A DNA stretch of 32,000 nt from an uncultured archaeon (GCA_964648855.1 CAZYLT010000012.1:60001-92000), one strand, 5' to 3'. Positions 18,365-28,382 are shown, counted from the stretch's first letter. Made by a program: numbers and translations. Notes: generated by a model from the letters alone, not told the origin.

Positions 18365-19516
18365 TTACGAGAAATACTTGGCCATCCTGTCAAACGATTC
18401 ATCTACGGCTTCAGGAGTGAGGGGGCCAACCGATATTCGAATATGCCCTTCACCTGCAGGCCCGAAGACTCTTCCTGGTAACGTAAGAATCTTGATTTCA
18501 TCAAGCATGTCAATCACTAGATTTCTCGAATCTTCACAGCCTCTTACACGTGGAAAAAGATAGAAGGTGCCTTTCGTTCGAATGATTTCGAATTTATCGA
18601 TTTCTTGGGTCCGGATGTAGACTAGCTCTCTTAGTTTTCCCAGTCGATTCAGTTCATCATCTACAAACTCAGCTCCCTCTTTCAAGATCTCTAACGCAAG
18701 CATTTGACTTGCGGTCGGTGCGCAAATGGTCACGGTATCTTGAACTTTGAGAAACTCCTTCATGAAAGTTTGAGAACCGACAATGTAGCCAACTCTCCAT
18801 CCACTAATCCCAAAGTCCTTCGAAAAGCTTCCCAATACAACAACATAGTCCTCGGCATCCCGTCTTCTTCTTGGACTGTAATGAGTGGCTCCTTCAAACA
18901 CCAAGCGAGCATATGCTTCGTCCGATATTAGAAACAGTTCATTCTCCAGGCATATGTCAACTATTTCGTCGACCACTTTTTGCTTATAAACCGCACCAGT
19001 TGGATTGTTTGGTGAAACCAGCAGGACCGCCTTTGTGTTGTCATCTATCGCTTTGCGGATTGAATCAGGATTGGGTTGAAACTTCTCATCAACTTCAACT
19101 GCCTTTGCATCACCGCCAGCTAGCTGAATGGCCATTACTTGATTGAAATAGAATGGCTCAGGAACCAGTACGTTCTCCCCAGGCTCAAGCAAGGTAAGCA
19201 TAGCACCAGAAAAGGCGTTATTCCCGCCTGCGGTGATTGTAATCTCTGTCTGAGGATCAACATCAAAATTGGAATGTTTTCGCAGATATAGTGCTAATTC
19301 CTCTCGCAATTCCAAGTGACCTTGGTCAGGCGTATATTGATGGGTTACAGGGTGCAGTATCTTCTCGCCCAAGGAGGTCAGTATTGATTTGGGTGGGATG
19401 TGCCCAGGTAGTCCCTGTCCAAGATCGATGAAATCTTGTGAGCCAGCATATTTCTTTGCAGCCTCAGCCAGCTTCACGATCGGAGGTGGCGTGATATTTT
19501 CTGTGCGGAATTTCAT
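18365..19516 (-). CDS. PLP-dependent aminotransferase, class I/II
   Basis: DLGQGLP, SPNNPTG, SDEAY, SFSKDFGISGWRVGY (PLP lysine), HIRIS. Confidence 0.95.
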   Translation of the reverse strand: MKFRTENITPPPIVKLAEAAKKYAGSQDFIDLGQGLPGHIPPKSILTSLGEKILHPVTHQYTPDQGHLELREELALYLRKHSNFDVDPQTEITITAGGNNAFSGAMLTLLEPGENVLVPEPFYFNQVMAIQLAGGDAKAVEVDEKFQPNPDSIRKAIDDNTKAVLLVSPNNPTGAVYKQKVVDEIVDICLENELFLISDEAYARLVFEGATHYSPRRRRDAEDYVVVLGSFSKDFGISGWRVGYIVGSQTFMKEFLKVQDTVTICAPTASQMLALEILKEGAEFVDDELNRLGKLRELVYIRTQEIDKFEIIRTKGTFYLFPRVRGCEDSRNLVIDMLDEIKILTLPGRVFGPAGEGHIRISVGPLTPEAVDESFDRMAKYFS

Positions 19517-19731
19517 ATCTTTGCAAACCTGGGGTATAGCCCCTAACTAATCATGTACCTCTCCTAAGAAAAAGGAATCGTCTTGACAAGCTCATTTTGT
19601 ATCTCTGGAGTGCGATTTCTTCAGATGAAACAGACTGGGTGAACATAAAAACAGCCGAATATATCTGCCAAACATCCCTAAATGATATTTAATAACGCAA
19701 TTATTCATACGGGAAGAAGGAGATGCACTAT

Positions 19732-20520
19732 ATGAACGAGGAAATGAAAAAATGTGCTGCAAAGATACTGGGTTCTCCAGACGCACAAGTAGTTCAAACA
19801 AGAGAAATTGAGATGGACGAACCTCTGCTTATTTGCGGTTTCCCCTCAGCGGGAGTGGTTGGTACGATTGCCGCCAATACCATAATTGAACAGTCAGAGA
19901 TGGAGGAGATTGCGCATGTTCGGTCCAAATACATGCCCTCAGCAGCAGTATTCATGGATGGTAGACTTAGACATCCGTTTCGCGTATATGCAAGCAAGGA
20001 TAAGAAACTCCTTTTGGTGACAACAGAGTTGCCGGTAGCAGAACAGGGTATGTATCAAGTCAGTTCTGCGTTGCTGGATTGGGCAGCAGAACTGGGAGTT
20101 AAAGAAACAGTCGTTCTTGATGGTATTCCTGTACAGGGAATGCCTTCTGAGAGGAAAGTCCTGTATGCTGCAGAAGAGGAGAAAATCGCTGATTTAGAAG
20201 AGCAAGAGGAAATGGAAATACTGCAAAAGGGGATTATTACTGGAATAGCAGGGTCGATTCTATCTGAAACACTGTGTAGGGATATGGTTGGATTTGCCCT
20301 CCTGACGCCTGCTCTCACCATGATTCCTGATCCGGAGGGAGCAGTGAAACTTCTCCAAGCTTTGACTAAGCTATATGATGTAGAAGTTGATGTTTCCGAG
20401 CTACAAGAAAGTGCGGACAAAATCCGAGAAAAGATGCGGGACATGGCAAAACAGGTCGACGGAATGCGTCAAGGCCAGCAACCAGGTGTCCCCTCAGGAT
20501 ATGAGAGAATATACGCTTAG
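19732..20520 (+). CDS. Proteasome assembly chaperone family (PAC2/Pba-like) protein
   Basis: ICGFPSAGVVGTIAA, PFRVY, GIITGIAG, PDPEGA, C-terminal IYA. The start is uncertain (19723/19732/19744). Confidence 0.9.
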   Translation: MNEEMKKCAAKILGSPDAQVVQTREIEMDEPLLICGFPSAGVVGTIAANTIIEQSEMEEIAHVRSKYMPSAAVFMDGRLRHPFRVYASKDKKLLLVTTELPVAEQGMYQVSSALLDWAAELGVKETVVLDGIPVQGMPSERKVLYAAEEEKIADLEEQEEMEILQKGIITGIAGSILSETLCRDMVGFALLTPALTMIPDPEGAVKLLQALTKLYDVEVDVSELQESADKIREKMRDMAKQVDGMRQGQQPGVPSGYERIYA

Positions 20521-20572
20521 ACTGTCCCGTGAAGCAGTAAGCTAGGGATTGAAACCTGTACTTGGTTTCACC

Positions 20573-21130
20573 CTAGTCACTGCAGGACTTATAGGCCTCT
20601 TCCGCTCCCGCAGCATTCTTTTTACCTACTTTTTCAGGCCAGTTCTTCTTGATCACTTCTTTTACTGTTTCTAACTTAACCAAGCCAGTTGCCTTTGCAA
20701 AAGCGCCCAGCATCGTGGTATTGACGACGGGAAGTCCTGAAACCAAAAGACCGTGTTTCAGTGCGATTCCAGTCCCATCATATGTGTAGACATGTCCCAC
20801 ATCAAAATCAAACTCAGACGCCTTTTTTGGACTGTTGATGATGATTTTCCCATCTTCTTTCAGCCCTTCAGTGACATCTGCAAGTTCGATGATAGTGGGG
20901 TCAAGAACTGCAACTACGTCAGGTTCGTATATCTGGCTTCGAACGTTGATCTCCTTGTCAGCTATTCGTGTGAAGGCTTTGACGGGAGCCCCACGTCGTT
21001 CAGCACCGAAATATGGAAACGCTTGTACACCCTTATAGCCATCCTCGTATGCAGCCTTTGCCAGTAGTTCGGCGAAGGTTACACCACCCTGACCTCCGCG
21101 GCCGTGAATTCTAATCTCAATCATTTTCAT
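20573..21130 (-). CDS. porG: 2-oxoacid (pyruvate/ketoisovalerate):ferredoxin oxidoreductase gamma subunit
   Basis: EIRIHGRGGQG, AFPYFGAERRGAPV, PDVVAVLDP, NTTMLGA. Confidence 0.93.
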   Translation of the reverse strand: MKMIEIRIHGRGGQGGVTFAELLAKAAYEDGYKGVQAFPYFGAERRGAPVKAFTRIADKEINVRSQIYEPDVVAVLDPTIIELADVTEGLKEDGKIIINSPKKASEFDFDVGHVYTYDGTGIALKHGLLVSGLPVVNTTMLGAFAKATGLVKLETVKEVIKKNWPEKVGKKNAAGAEEAYKSCSD

Positions 21131-21261
21131 TTCAGAAGACTCCTCTATGAGGACTGCCTAATAGACAAGGAGAGGCGGACAACGGTATAACAAAACTGTT
21201 TCGTTATCGCCACGATTTTTGATATCTGAAAAGATGAGATGTGGGACGTATATCTTCAGGT

Positions 21262-21272
21262 AAAAAAAAAAA
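21262..21272 (-). terminator. Oligo-T tract, putative archaeal intrinsic terminator
   Basis: A11 on the + strand is T11 on the - strand, ~70 nt downstream of the stop of the minus-strand FAD oxidoreductase. Confidence 0.5.
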
Positions 21273-21340
21273 CGGAATCTCCATTTCTCACTAGCGAGAG
21301 CCCGTCCTATCATTTTGAAACATATCTGTCCATATAGTTA

Positions 21341-22714
21341 CTATGCGAAATCATCTTCGTGAAGTGCTTCGATTACCCCTTGAGCAGAGTTAGCGGCTTG
21401 TTGAAGGCCCACTCCTGAACCAGCAGTATCAGTCCCCACGATGTAGAGTCCTCTCAAGGGCGTTCTAGGGCCTGGGCGGTCTAAATCGGTCTGACCGGGA
21501 ACGAGAGCTGCTCGGGTTGCATATGATGTCTGAAGATGCTCCATTTCTATGTTCTCAAGAATTTCTGGGTAGTAGGTATCTATTCCGTTACCCTTCATTT
21601 GTTCGACCTGTTCTTCTAAGGAGATGGATTCATCACGCATCATCGCAAGACCAATGAGCTCCTTGCCCTCAGGAGCGCAGGTGGGGTCAAAACTTGATAA
21701 GGAGATTATCCAGCGGTTCGGCTCGGGATACACCAAGACTCGAGACTTTCTATCACCGATGACGACCTTTTCAAGTCCAAGCCAAAGCGTGACACCTTCC
21801 GTGATTTGCATCGAGTCATAGTTGTTAAAGAATTCCTTGACTTCACCCCGGTCGGATTCAATGATGCTTGACATAGACCATAGGGGAATGTTGCTGATGA
21901 TTCGAGTGTGTCTGATTTCTTGTTTATCAACGGTAAGAGATAATGTTCCATCTGGAGTTTCTGAAATCTTGTCTACTCTGGAGTTCAAGACATAGTCCCC
22001 GGAAATGGCATCTTTGACTCGTTCAACCAGATTGTTCATGCCCCCGATAACATATCCTTCGTCGTATTCGTCAGAACCAAACAGCAGCCTCTTTGCGGAT
22101 TCTACCTTCGAAGTTTCCCTATCCGTGTCTTTCAATGTGCGTAGGGCTTCATAAGCTGACGCCTCAGTGATTGGAACGCCTGCAGCCATATAGATAGCGC
22201 TCTGCATAACGTCCAGCATGACTTGATTTGTAGCATCTTGAGATTCCATAAATTCGTGAAAGGTGATATCCTTGTATTCCTTCATCTCAGCTAGCTTCAT
22301 GGTCTTGATTTTTGCACCAATCCTTGCAAGGCCTAATCTTCCCCTCAGACCTGTCAGCGGCCAACGGAGAGTTTCACCAATGCTGGTTGGTATTGTGCCA
22401 ACTTTATCGTTGACTCGGAAATACCATCCATCATGGAGAACGAACTCTGGAGGGGGGTCAAGGTTTTCTCTCATGAATTCTGCAAAAGCACCTCGCTTTA
22501 CACGCGTAATCATATGAAGACCATTATCTACCCGATACCCATCCGTTTCATATCCATGCCATACACCGCCCAGACGGTCAGCCTCGTCTATAACGAGGAC
22601 TCGCTTATTCAATGCTGAGAGACCTAAGGCAGTCAAAAGCCCACCTGCACCTGCACCAGCGATGATGAAATCATATGAAGATACATCAACCTCGTTAGAC
22701 GAAATCTCCTGCAT
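21341..22714 (-). CDS. FAD-dependent oxidoreductase (phytoene dehydrogenase/amine oxidase-like)
   Basis: IIAGAGAGG dinucleotide motif, LGGVW...GYRVDNGLH, GGMNNL, TPLRGLYIVG. Confidence 0.88.
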   Translation of the reverse strand: MQEISSNEVDVSSYDFIIAGAGAGGLLTALGLSALNKRVLVIDEADRLGGVWHGYETDGYRVDNGLHMITRVKRGAFAEFMRENLDPPPEFVLHDGWYFRVNDKVGTIPTSIGETLRWPLTGLRGRLGLARIGAKIKTMKLAEMKEYKDITFHEFMESQDATNQVMLDVMQSAIYMAAGVPITEASAYEALRTLKDTDRETSKVESAKRLLFGSDEYDEGYVIGGMNNLVERVKDAISGDYVLNSRVDKISETPDGTLSLTVDKQEIRHTRIISNIPLWSMSSIIESDRGEVKEFFNNYDSMQITEGVTLWLGLEKVVIGDRKSRVLVYPEPNRWIISLSSFDPTCAPEGKELIGLAMMRDESISLEEQVEQMKGNGIDTYYPEILENIEMEHLQTSYATRAALVPGQTDLDRPGPRTPLRGLYIVGTDTAGSGVGLQQAANSAQGVIEALHEDDFA

Positions 22715-22768
22715 TTCAGAATCGAGTTTTATCGACCACGTGACTACTTAAGCATGTTCAAAGAAGAA

Positions 22769-23875
22769 CTAGAGAAGGGCAATGCATCGGTTCTTGTCGG
22801 TTGATTCATAGGCTGCATCCACAATATTGTGTGCTGCAACTGCGTCACCGAAATCTGGCGTAGGCGATTTATTTTCCTTGACAGCCCTTAGGAATGCATA
22901 ATCCAATGCAGTATATCTTTCTGATCCAACAGAAGTAAGCGCTTCTATGGCAGCAGGGCGGACATCTTTACATTCAAGACCTAGTTTGTCGAGAAGTGCC
23001 GAATTGGCGGTTTCGCTCCACACTTTTACTGGGGCATCTCCCTGTAAATGGTATTCCAGATAGCGTTTATCTGATTCCAAACTAATGCCGATATAGCCCT
23101 TCTCAAAAAAGAACTCCAGATACCGTTCGTTTGGTCGCTCGACCCAATGCCAAACAGAGTCCAAGGTACTGGCTGCGCCAGTTGTGTGGTTGATTATTAC
23201 AGATGCATGGTCCTCAACATCTCGACCAGCGAAGTGATTGGTTTTAGCATACACACTCTCAATGTCTCCAAGAAACCAATTTAGAGTGTCGATATCATGG
23301 ATGCTATGTTCGATCAATGTCCCGCCCCCTGCGATTGTCTTGTTGGCGCGCCAGTGGCTATAATAGATATAATCAACAGGAAATCTCTGGTCATCTCTGA
23401 TATGTGCAAGCATGGGGGTTCCAAAATCATGCTCGTCGACCAGTTTCTTAGCATATAGGAGGAATTGGTCATAACGTAGTACCAGACCTACGCCGGCAGC
23501 TACTCCAGCATCCCTTGTGGCGGCCATCATGACCTGTGCTTGGGGAGATGATCGAGCCAAGGGTTTCTCACAGAAAACCGCCTTATGATTCTTCGCCGCT
23601 TCTTTGACCATGTCACTATGCAGATTAGTAGGTGTACAAACGTAGATGATATCAACATCAGGGCTTTCTATCAGCTCATCGTAGTCTACATATGTTGTTT
23701 TTATATCAAAAAGCTCAGCTGCCCGATTGAGTGATTCTTGATCAGTGTCGCATACTGCTGCAATATCTATATCCAGAAGACCTGCTTTCTGCAATGATGC
23801 GAAACTTATCAGATGGATCTTCCCGATGTTTCCAGTTCCGATAAGACCCACATGCAAGGCATCTTTGTTGCTCAA
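22769..23875 (-). CDS. Gfo/Idh/MocA family oxidoreductase
   Basis: GLIGTGNIG, VCTPTNLH, VFCEKPLA, GGGTLIEHSIHDID. Confidence 0.95.
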   Translation of the reverse strand: MSNKDALHVGLIGTGNIGKIHLISFASLQKAGLLDIDIAAVCDTDQESLNRAAELFDIKTTYVDYDELIESPDVDIIYVCTPTNLHSDMVKEAAKNHKAVFCEKPLARSSPQAQVMMAATRDAGVAAGVGLVLRYDQFLLYAKKLVDEHDFGTPMLAHIRDDQRFPVDYIYYSHWRANKTIAGGGTLIEHSIHDIDTLNWFLGDIESVYAKTNHFAGRDVEDHASVIINHTTGAASTLDSVWHWVERPNERYLEFFFEKGYIGISLESDKRYLEYHLQGDAPVKVWSETANSALLDKLGLECKDVRPAAIEALTSVGSERYTALDYAFLRAVKENKSPTPDFGDAVAAHNIVDAAYESTDKNRCIALL

Positions 23876-24017
23876 TGCAACTCCCTTACTTTACTTCCGG
23901 TACTCCCACATATTATCCTTTTGTTAAGTGGATAAGTGTATCACAAATCACTTTATGACAAGCCATATGTAGTTGGATACTAGAAGAAACATCTAACAAC
24001 CTCAGGCATTCTTCGAT

Positions 24018-25871
24018 ATGGTGATAACGGTGGCTTCCGACAAGGAAAAACTTGCAAAAGCAATGGAGGCGCTCAAGAAGGGAAAGAATGATGTTGCTCA
24101 GATTCTCCTATCACAAATCGCAGATAGTTTTGCATTACAAGGGTTGCATTCCAAAGCTGCAAATCTGTATGAGAAAGTTGCCATCCTAGGGTATCAACTC
24201 GACAAGACAGAAGTTGCTCTCAGAGCGATTGAGAATGCTACTCTTATGTATGTGCGATTGTCTGACGAAGGGGTATACAAGGACATTGTGCGCCTAAATG
24301 AGAGGGGCTCCAAAATAGCAGAGAAAGCAGAAATGTATGAAAGAGCAGCAGATGGTTACTTCAGAGCCTTAGATTTTGCAGCATCGGAACAAGAAAGAGA
24401 TCGCCTAACCTGCAAGGCCGCGGACGCACTTGAGAATCTTGCAGATATATTCGAAGAGAGAAAGGAGTTTGAGGAAGCTGTTAACACACTCAAAAAAGTT
24501 GGACGTCTTTACTATTCTGCAGGAGACCGCGAATTAGGATTAAGAATCCATGAAAGAGCGATAAGAGTTGCAATCCGTTGGGCAGACCAAGCAAAAGATT
24601 CGAAGAACTATTTGGCAGCAGGAAATGCTTTGGCTGAGGCAGCACAGATCATTCAGAATCAGGGAGATAATGTTGAGGCAGCACGTTTAATGATGGAGGC
24701 GGGAGAATATTATGAGAAGGGCGAATTGCATGAGAAAGCAGGGAATATCTATGATGCGGCACAGGAAGCTTACGATTTTGAGCGATTGACCAGTGCTACA
24801 AAGCAGGCTATGGCCCAAGCGGCAGAAGCGTATATGAAGATGGAAGGAAAACCGCAAGTTCTCGCTCCGCTTCTGGTAAAGGCTGGAGATATGTTCTCTG
24901 AACTTGGTCGTGTTATGAAAGCAAAATGGGCATACAAGCGAGCCAGTGAGCTCTTTGCTGAATTGGCTAAGAATGCAGCTGAAGAGGGAGATATCGATTC
25001 TGAAAAAACGAATCTTAGATATCGGGCGATGGGTCTAAGAAAATGGGGTAGAGAGAGAGAAGCTGATGAAATCTATACAGAAGTTGCCCAGTACTATCTC
25101 AACCAAGCAAAAAGAGAAGAAGAAAGAGGCGATGTCGAGAGGCAAGGCCTTTCGCTGGAGGAAGCATCAAAGGTTCTCTATGAGTACGGGGATGAAGAGA
25201 AAGCTCAAAGCAGCCTGAAACAAGCAATGGAGATATACCGCAACTTGGCTCAAACTGCCACTGATTCAGAGGAACCAGAGGATGCTTCGAAATTCTTTGG
25301 GAGGGCCGCGGAATGCGCTGGACGCCTTGGAGATAAGGAAAGAGAGAAGGAGTTTCATATCCTTGCGAGCAAACGAGCTGAAGATGCTGCGAAATACTTT
25401 GCAGATGTGGGTTTGAAGCAATTGTCAACAATTTGGAAGAGAACTGCAGCAGAAGAAGCCCTGAATACTCACAATCCAGATATGGTTGACAGAGCGATTG
25501 AGCTTCTGAAGCAATCGGTAGAGGGATTTCAGGATACAGGAGAACTCAAAGAAGCCTTTGAGGACTTGTACACAATTTTCTTCACGGTGTATATGCAAAA
25601 GCCCCAGGAGAGATCGAAGCTGGATGGCATTGTAGAACAAATGAATGACATTGCAATAGATGAACGCGACCTCTACTACTCCTCCATGGTGAATGTCATT
25701 CGGGCAGTTAATAAATCCGATAAAATTGGTGCACTATTAGCATTTCAAGAACAGGAAGACGAGCTCATTGGGAAAAGAGAGTCATTGAGGTCGCTTATTG
25801 AATCCGTCGAACCACCAGAAGAATCCGAGGATGAGGCTCCCAGAGACTCGACTCACTGGCTTTACAAGTAG
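24018..25871 (+). CDS. TPR-like / alpha-SNAP-like alpha-solenoid repeat protein
   Basis: 617 aa, almost entirely helical Ala/Glu-rich repeats (KAANLYEKVA, RAADGYFRAL, EAARLMMEAG, KAGNIYDAAQ, DASKFFGRAA). No catalytic motif seen. Confidence 0.8.
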   Translation: MVITVASDKEKLAKAMEALKKGKNDVAQILLSQIADSFALQGLHSKAANLYEKVAILGYQLDKTEVALRAIENATLMYVRLSDEGVYKDIVRLNERGSKIAEKAEMYERAADGYFRALDFAASEQERDRLTCKAADALENLADIFEERKEFEEAVNTLKKVGRLYYSAGDRELGLRIHERAIRVAIRWADQAKDSKNYLAAGNALAEAAQIIQNQGDNVEAARLMMEAGEYYEKGELHEKAGNIYDAAQEAYDFERLTSATKQAMAQAAEAYMKMEGKPQVLAPLLVKAGDMFSELGRVMKAKWAYKRASELFAELAKNAAEEGDIDSEKTNLRYRAMGLRKWGREREADEIYTEVAQYYLNQAKREEERGDVERQGLSLEEASKVLYEYGDEEKAQSSLKQAMEIYRNLAQTATDSEEPEDASKFFGRAAECAGRLGDKEREKEFHILASKRAEDAAKYFADVGLKQLSTIWKRTAAEEALNTHNPDMVDRAIELLKQSVEGFQDTGELKEAFEDLYTIFFTVYMQKPQERSKLDGIVEQMNDIAIDERDLYYSSMVNVIRAVNKSDKIGALLAFQEQEDELIGKRESLRSLIESVEPPEESEDEAPRDSTHWLYK

Positions 25872-25932
25872 GAAGAGCAAGCTTAAACCATCAAGAGCTA
25901 TCTCAAGCACAGATAACATAGCATTAGAAGAG

Positions 25933-26361
25933 ATGATACTAGTGGGCACTTTTACAGATACCTTAGAGTTTGAAACGAATGGTCATTGTGACATGATAGA
26001 CATTACCGAACGGGTTCAGAATGTTGTAACACAGAGTGAGATGAATACGGGTATTTGCACTGTTTTTGTGCCCGGATCGACCGCATCCATTATCACCATT
26101 GAGTATGAGAAAGGGCTTCTGAAGGACTTCCCTGATGCCATGGAGAGAATTGGTCCGAAAGATGCAGTTTACGAACACCATCTTAGATGGAGGGATGGCA
26201 ATGGGCACTCTCATGTCAGGGCCTCCGTAGTTGGACCCAGTCTCACAATCCCCTTCGTAAATGGTGAGCTAACTCTGGGAACTTGGCAACAAGTAACATT
26301 TGTTGATTTTGACAATAGGCCCCGAGCTAGAACAGTTCAACTAGTGCTGATCGGCGAGTGA
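25933..26361 (+). CDS. yjbQ: YjbQ / UPF0047 family protein
   Basis: DITERV, VFVPGSTA, DGNGHSHVRAS, LGTWQQV.FVDFD.RPR. The start is at ATG 25933 or GTG 25942. Confidence 0.93.
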   Translation: MILVGTFTDTLEFETNGHCDMIDITERVQNVVTQSEMNTGICTVFVPGSTASIITIEYEKGLLKDFPDAMERIGPKDAVYEHHLRWRDGNGHSHVRASVVGPSLTIPFVNGELTLGTWQQVTFVDFDNRPRARTVQLVLIGE

Positions 26362-26631
26362 CTAGTAAAATTCCGCACTGGGGTCAAGATCCCATGAGAG
26401 CTCCCGGATTGATTCGGGAACAGGGGTGGTCTCTCTTATTTTCAGGGCGAGATAGTGGATTCTTAATGCTCGTCTCAGGCGGTGTAAATGATAGGGCATT
26501 GTCCAACCAGGCGGACTATTACGATATTGGGTAGTATCCATAAGATCTCTGACAGTGTCAAGTTCACGCTGAATTTGCGCTTTTATGTCATCAATCTCGC
26601 GGTTTATCGTAGGTTCGCCTCTATATCTCAT
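26362..26631 (-). CDS. Hypothetical small helical protein
   Basis: 89-aa ORF that fills the gap between neighbours. GAGGAG lies 5 nt before the ATG. Confidence 0.65.
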   Translation of the reverse strand: MRYRGEPTINREIDDIKAQIQRELDTVRDLMDTTQYRNSPPGWTMPYHLHRLRRALRIHYLALKIRETTPVPESIRELSWDLDPSAEFY

Positions 26632-26724
26632 GAAATCTCCTCGTCATGAATCAGACTAATAAGCTTTCAAATAATCTAGTGTATTACTGAAGTAATACGC
26701 GCCAAATAGCGAAAATTCAGTGTA

Positions 26725-27249
26725 TCAGGGGATATGTTCCTTCTTCACGGCGCGTCGCCGCATTTCTGTGCCACAAACAGGGCACATCTTGCCTTCATCT
26801 ACGGTCTTGCTCGTATGCCCACATGCAGGGCAATGGTATGTCCATTTGATGCGTCTTTTCATTCGCCCAGATGGGTCTAGGACTTCTAGCCCCAGATGAC
26901 TAGCGGTATTCAGCACAGCTAAATCAGTAGAAACAAGGACAATATCATCGCTTGTTGTTGCCTTCTCAAGAGCAAGAGCAATTATTCCTATATCAGTGGG
27001 CGATAAAGTAGGTGCGTCGCCATATTGCATGGCTGCTTTCTCTGCCTTTTTCATTTGTTCCTCAGACGGCTCTTGAACAAATAGGCGACCAACAGAAATC
27101 AAAGTGTCAATTCTAGTCTTGCTGGGTCTGTTTTCCACTTCGTCAATGACCGAGGGAGTTGTAAAAAGGTCGCTCTCACGGATTTTCTGGGTCCAAGTAG
27201 ACAATAATACACCAGTGTCCAATACATACTCTCGCATTATCCCAGTCAC
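26725..27249 (-). CDS. nob1: Nob1-family PIN endonuclease with zinc ribbon
   Basis: YVLDTG, TTPSVIDEV, LSPTDIGIIALA, STDLAVLN, CPACG...CPVCG. Confidence 0.88.
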   Translation of the reverse strand: MTGIMREYVLDTGVLLSTWTQKIRESDLFTTPSVIDEVENRPSKTRIDTLISVGRLFVQEPSEEQMKKAEKAAMQYGDAPTLSPTDIGIIALALEKATTSDDIVLVSTDLAVLNTASHLGLEVLDPSGRMKRRIKWTYHCPACGHTSKTVDEGKMCPVCGTEMRRRAVKKEHIP

Positions 27250-28119
27250 CTATCGTGTGCGCGGCACAAGTCTAGTGTTGAGTCGGTCATAGTAATTATC
27301 CTCTAACCTTATGAATCGCGTAACGGTGTCGGATTTGCGAATCCACACTTTCTCGAACTCGTCGACTTCATAGCGTATTTGACCGTCTATTACAGCAAGA
27401 CCAGGCGCGCCCTTCTTGACGAGTTCCAGTTCCAGAGTACTAGTATCTGGAATAACTAACGACTTCAGTTCAAATCTTGGGGGGCAAACTGGAACGAATA
27501 TCAAACCATGAACATTTGGTGTAAGGATGGAGCCACCCGCGGCCAAGGCATATGCTGTAGATCCGTTGGGGGTGGCAAGCATCGCTCCGTCAGCTCGACC
27601 ATAATCAACTCGTGTTCCGTCTAATGTGACCTGAAAGGTTAGAAGACGGCCTGGGATTCGCGATACCACGTAAACTTCATTGAGTGCCTCTTCAAAGGTT
27701 CTGTCCCCCACCCCGGCAGCAAGATTGATGCTACTCTCAATTACTGCTTTATTCTCTAAGACCTGCTTCAGGACATTCACTGCGTTAGTGGTACTTGCTT
27801 CAGTCATAAAGCCAACAGTCCCCCTATTTACGCAAAACAGGGGAATTTCTCGATCAGGAAGCCGTGATAGAGTATAGAGAATTGTGCCATCACCCCCAAT
27901 AGTAATGACAAAATCCACATCCATCTTTGAGATTTTCACTGGATCCAGTCTGCCATGAGTTGCATGACAAGAGCCCTCATCCACTTGAACATTGATATCT
28001 TTCGACAGAAGCAGATCGGCTAATACCGAAGCAGTCTTCTCAGCTTCAGGCCGTCCTGGCTTGCAGACAAGCCCAACTGATTTCTTATCTGAAAGAATCT
28101 GTGGATTCTCCTCAATCAT
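27250..28119 (-). CDS. nadK: NAD(+) kinase
   Basis: GGDGTIL, GTVGF, ALNE, ADG...ATPNGSTAYALAAGG, DGQ. Confidence 0.95.
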   Translation of the reverse strand: MIEENPQILSDKKSVGLVCKPGRPEAEKTASVLADLLLSKDINVQVDEGSCHATHGRLDPVKISKMDVDFVITIGGDGTILYTLSRLPDREIPLFCVNRGTVGFMTEASTTNAVNVLKQVLENKAVIESSINLAAGVGDRTFEEALNEVYVVSRIPGRLLTFQVTLDGTRVDYGRADGAMLATPNGSTAYALAAGGSILTPNVHGLIFVPVCPPRFELKSLVIPDTSTLELELVKKGAPGLAVIDGQIRYEVDEFEKVWIRKSDTVTRFIRLEDNYYDRLNTRLVPRTR

Positions 28120-28382
28120 CTTTTCGCCACGTCCGATATCGATGACTTGTTCTAAGTAGCCTTTTACTCTTGCGGAGTGGGCTTAAGTGAAATCAGACCC
28201 GCGTGCAAACGCCCGAATGTGAAGGCCCACATGTAAACGGTAACTAATGAAAAGACATCTAATCGAGAAATCACTAATATGCCAAAATTGACAATACTGG
28301 GGAAAGAAAAAGTATAATTGGGAGGTTCAAGACGTTGGTTCTGAATAGGTCTGCAATAAAACAGACATTAGGGTGACCAACA

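Noticed and set aside
19531-19545. Short GGGG-TATAG-CCCC hairpin upstream of the aminotransferase
   Set aside because: Too short to distinguish from chance.
21341-22714. Possible Rab-GDI/REP-like protein, given the trafficking-like neighbours
   Set aside because: It keeps an intact GAGAGG FAD-binding motif and C-terminal oxidoreductase motifs, so an ordinary flavoenzyme is the simpler call.
25798-25932. N-terminal extension of YjbQ
   Set aside because: It overlaps the solenoid gene, and the YjbQ fold begins after 25933.
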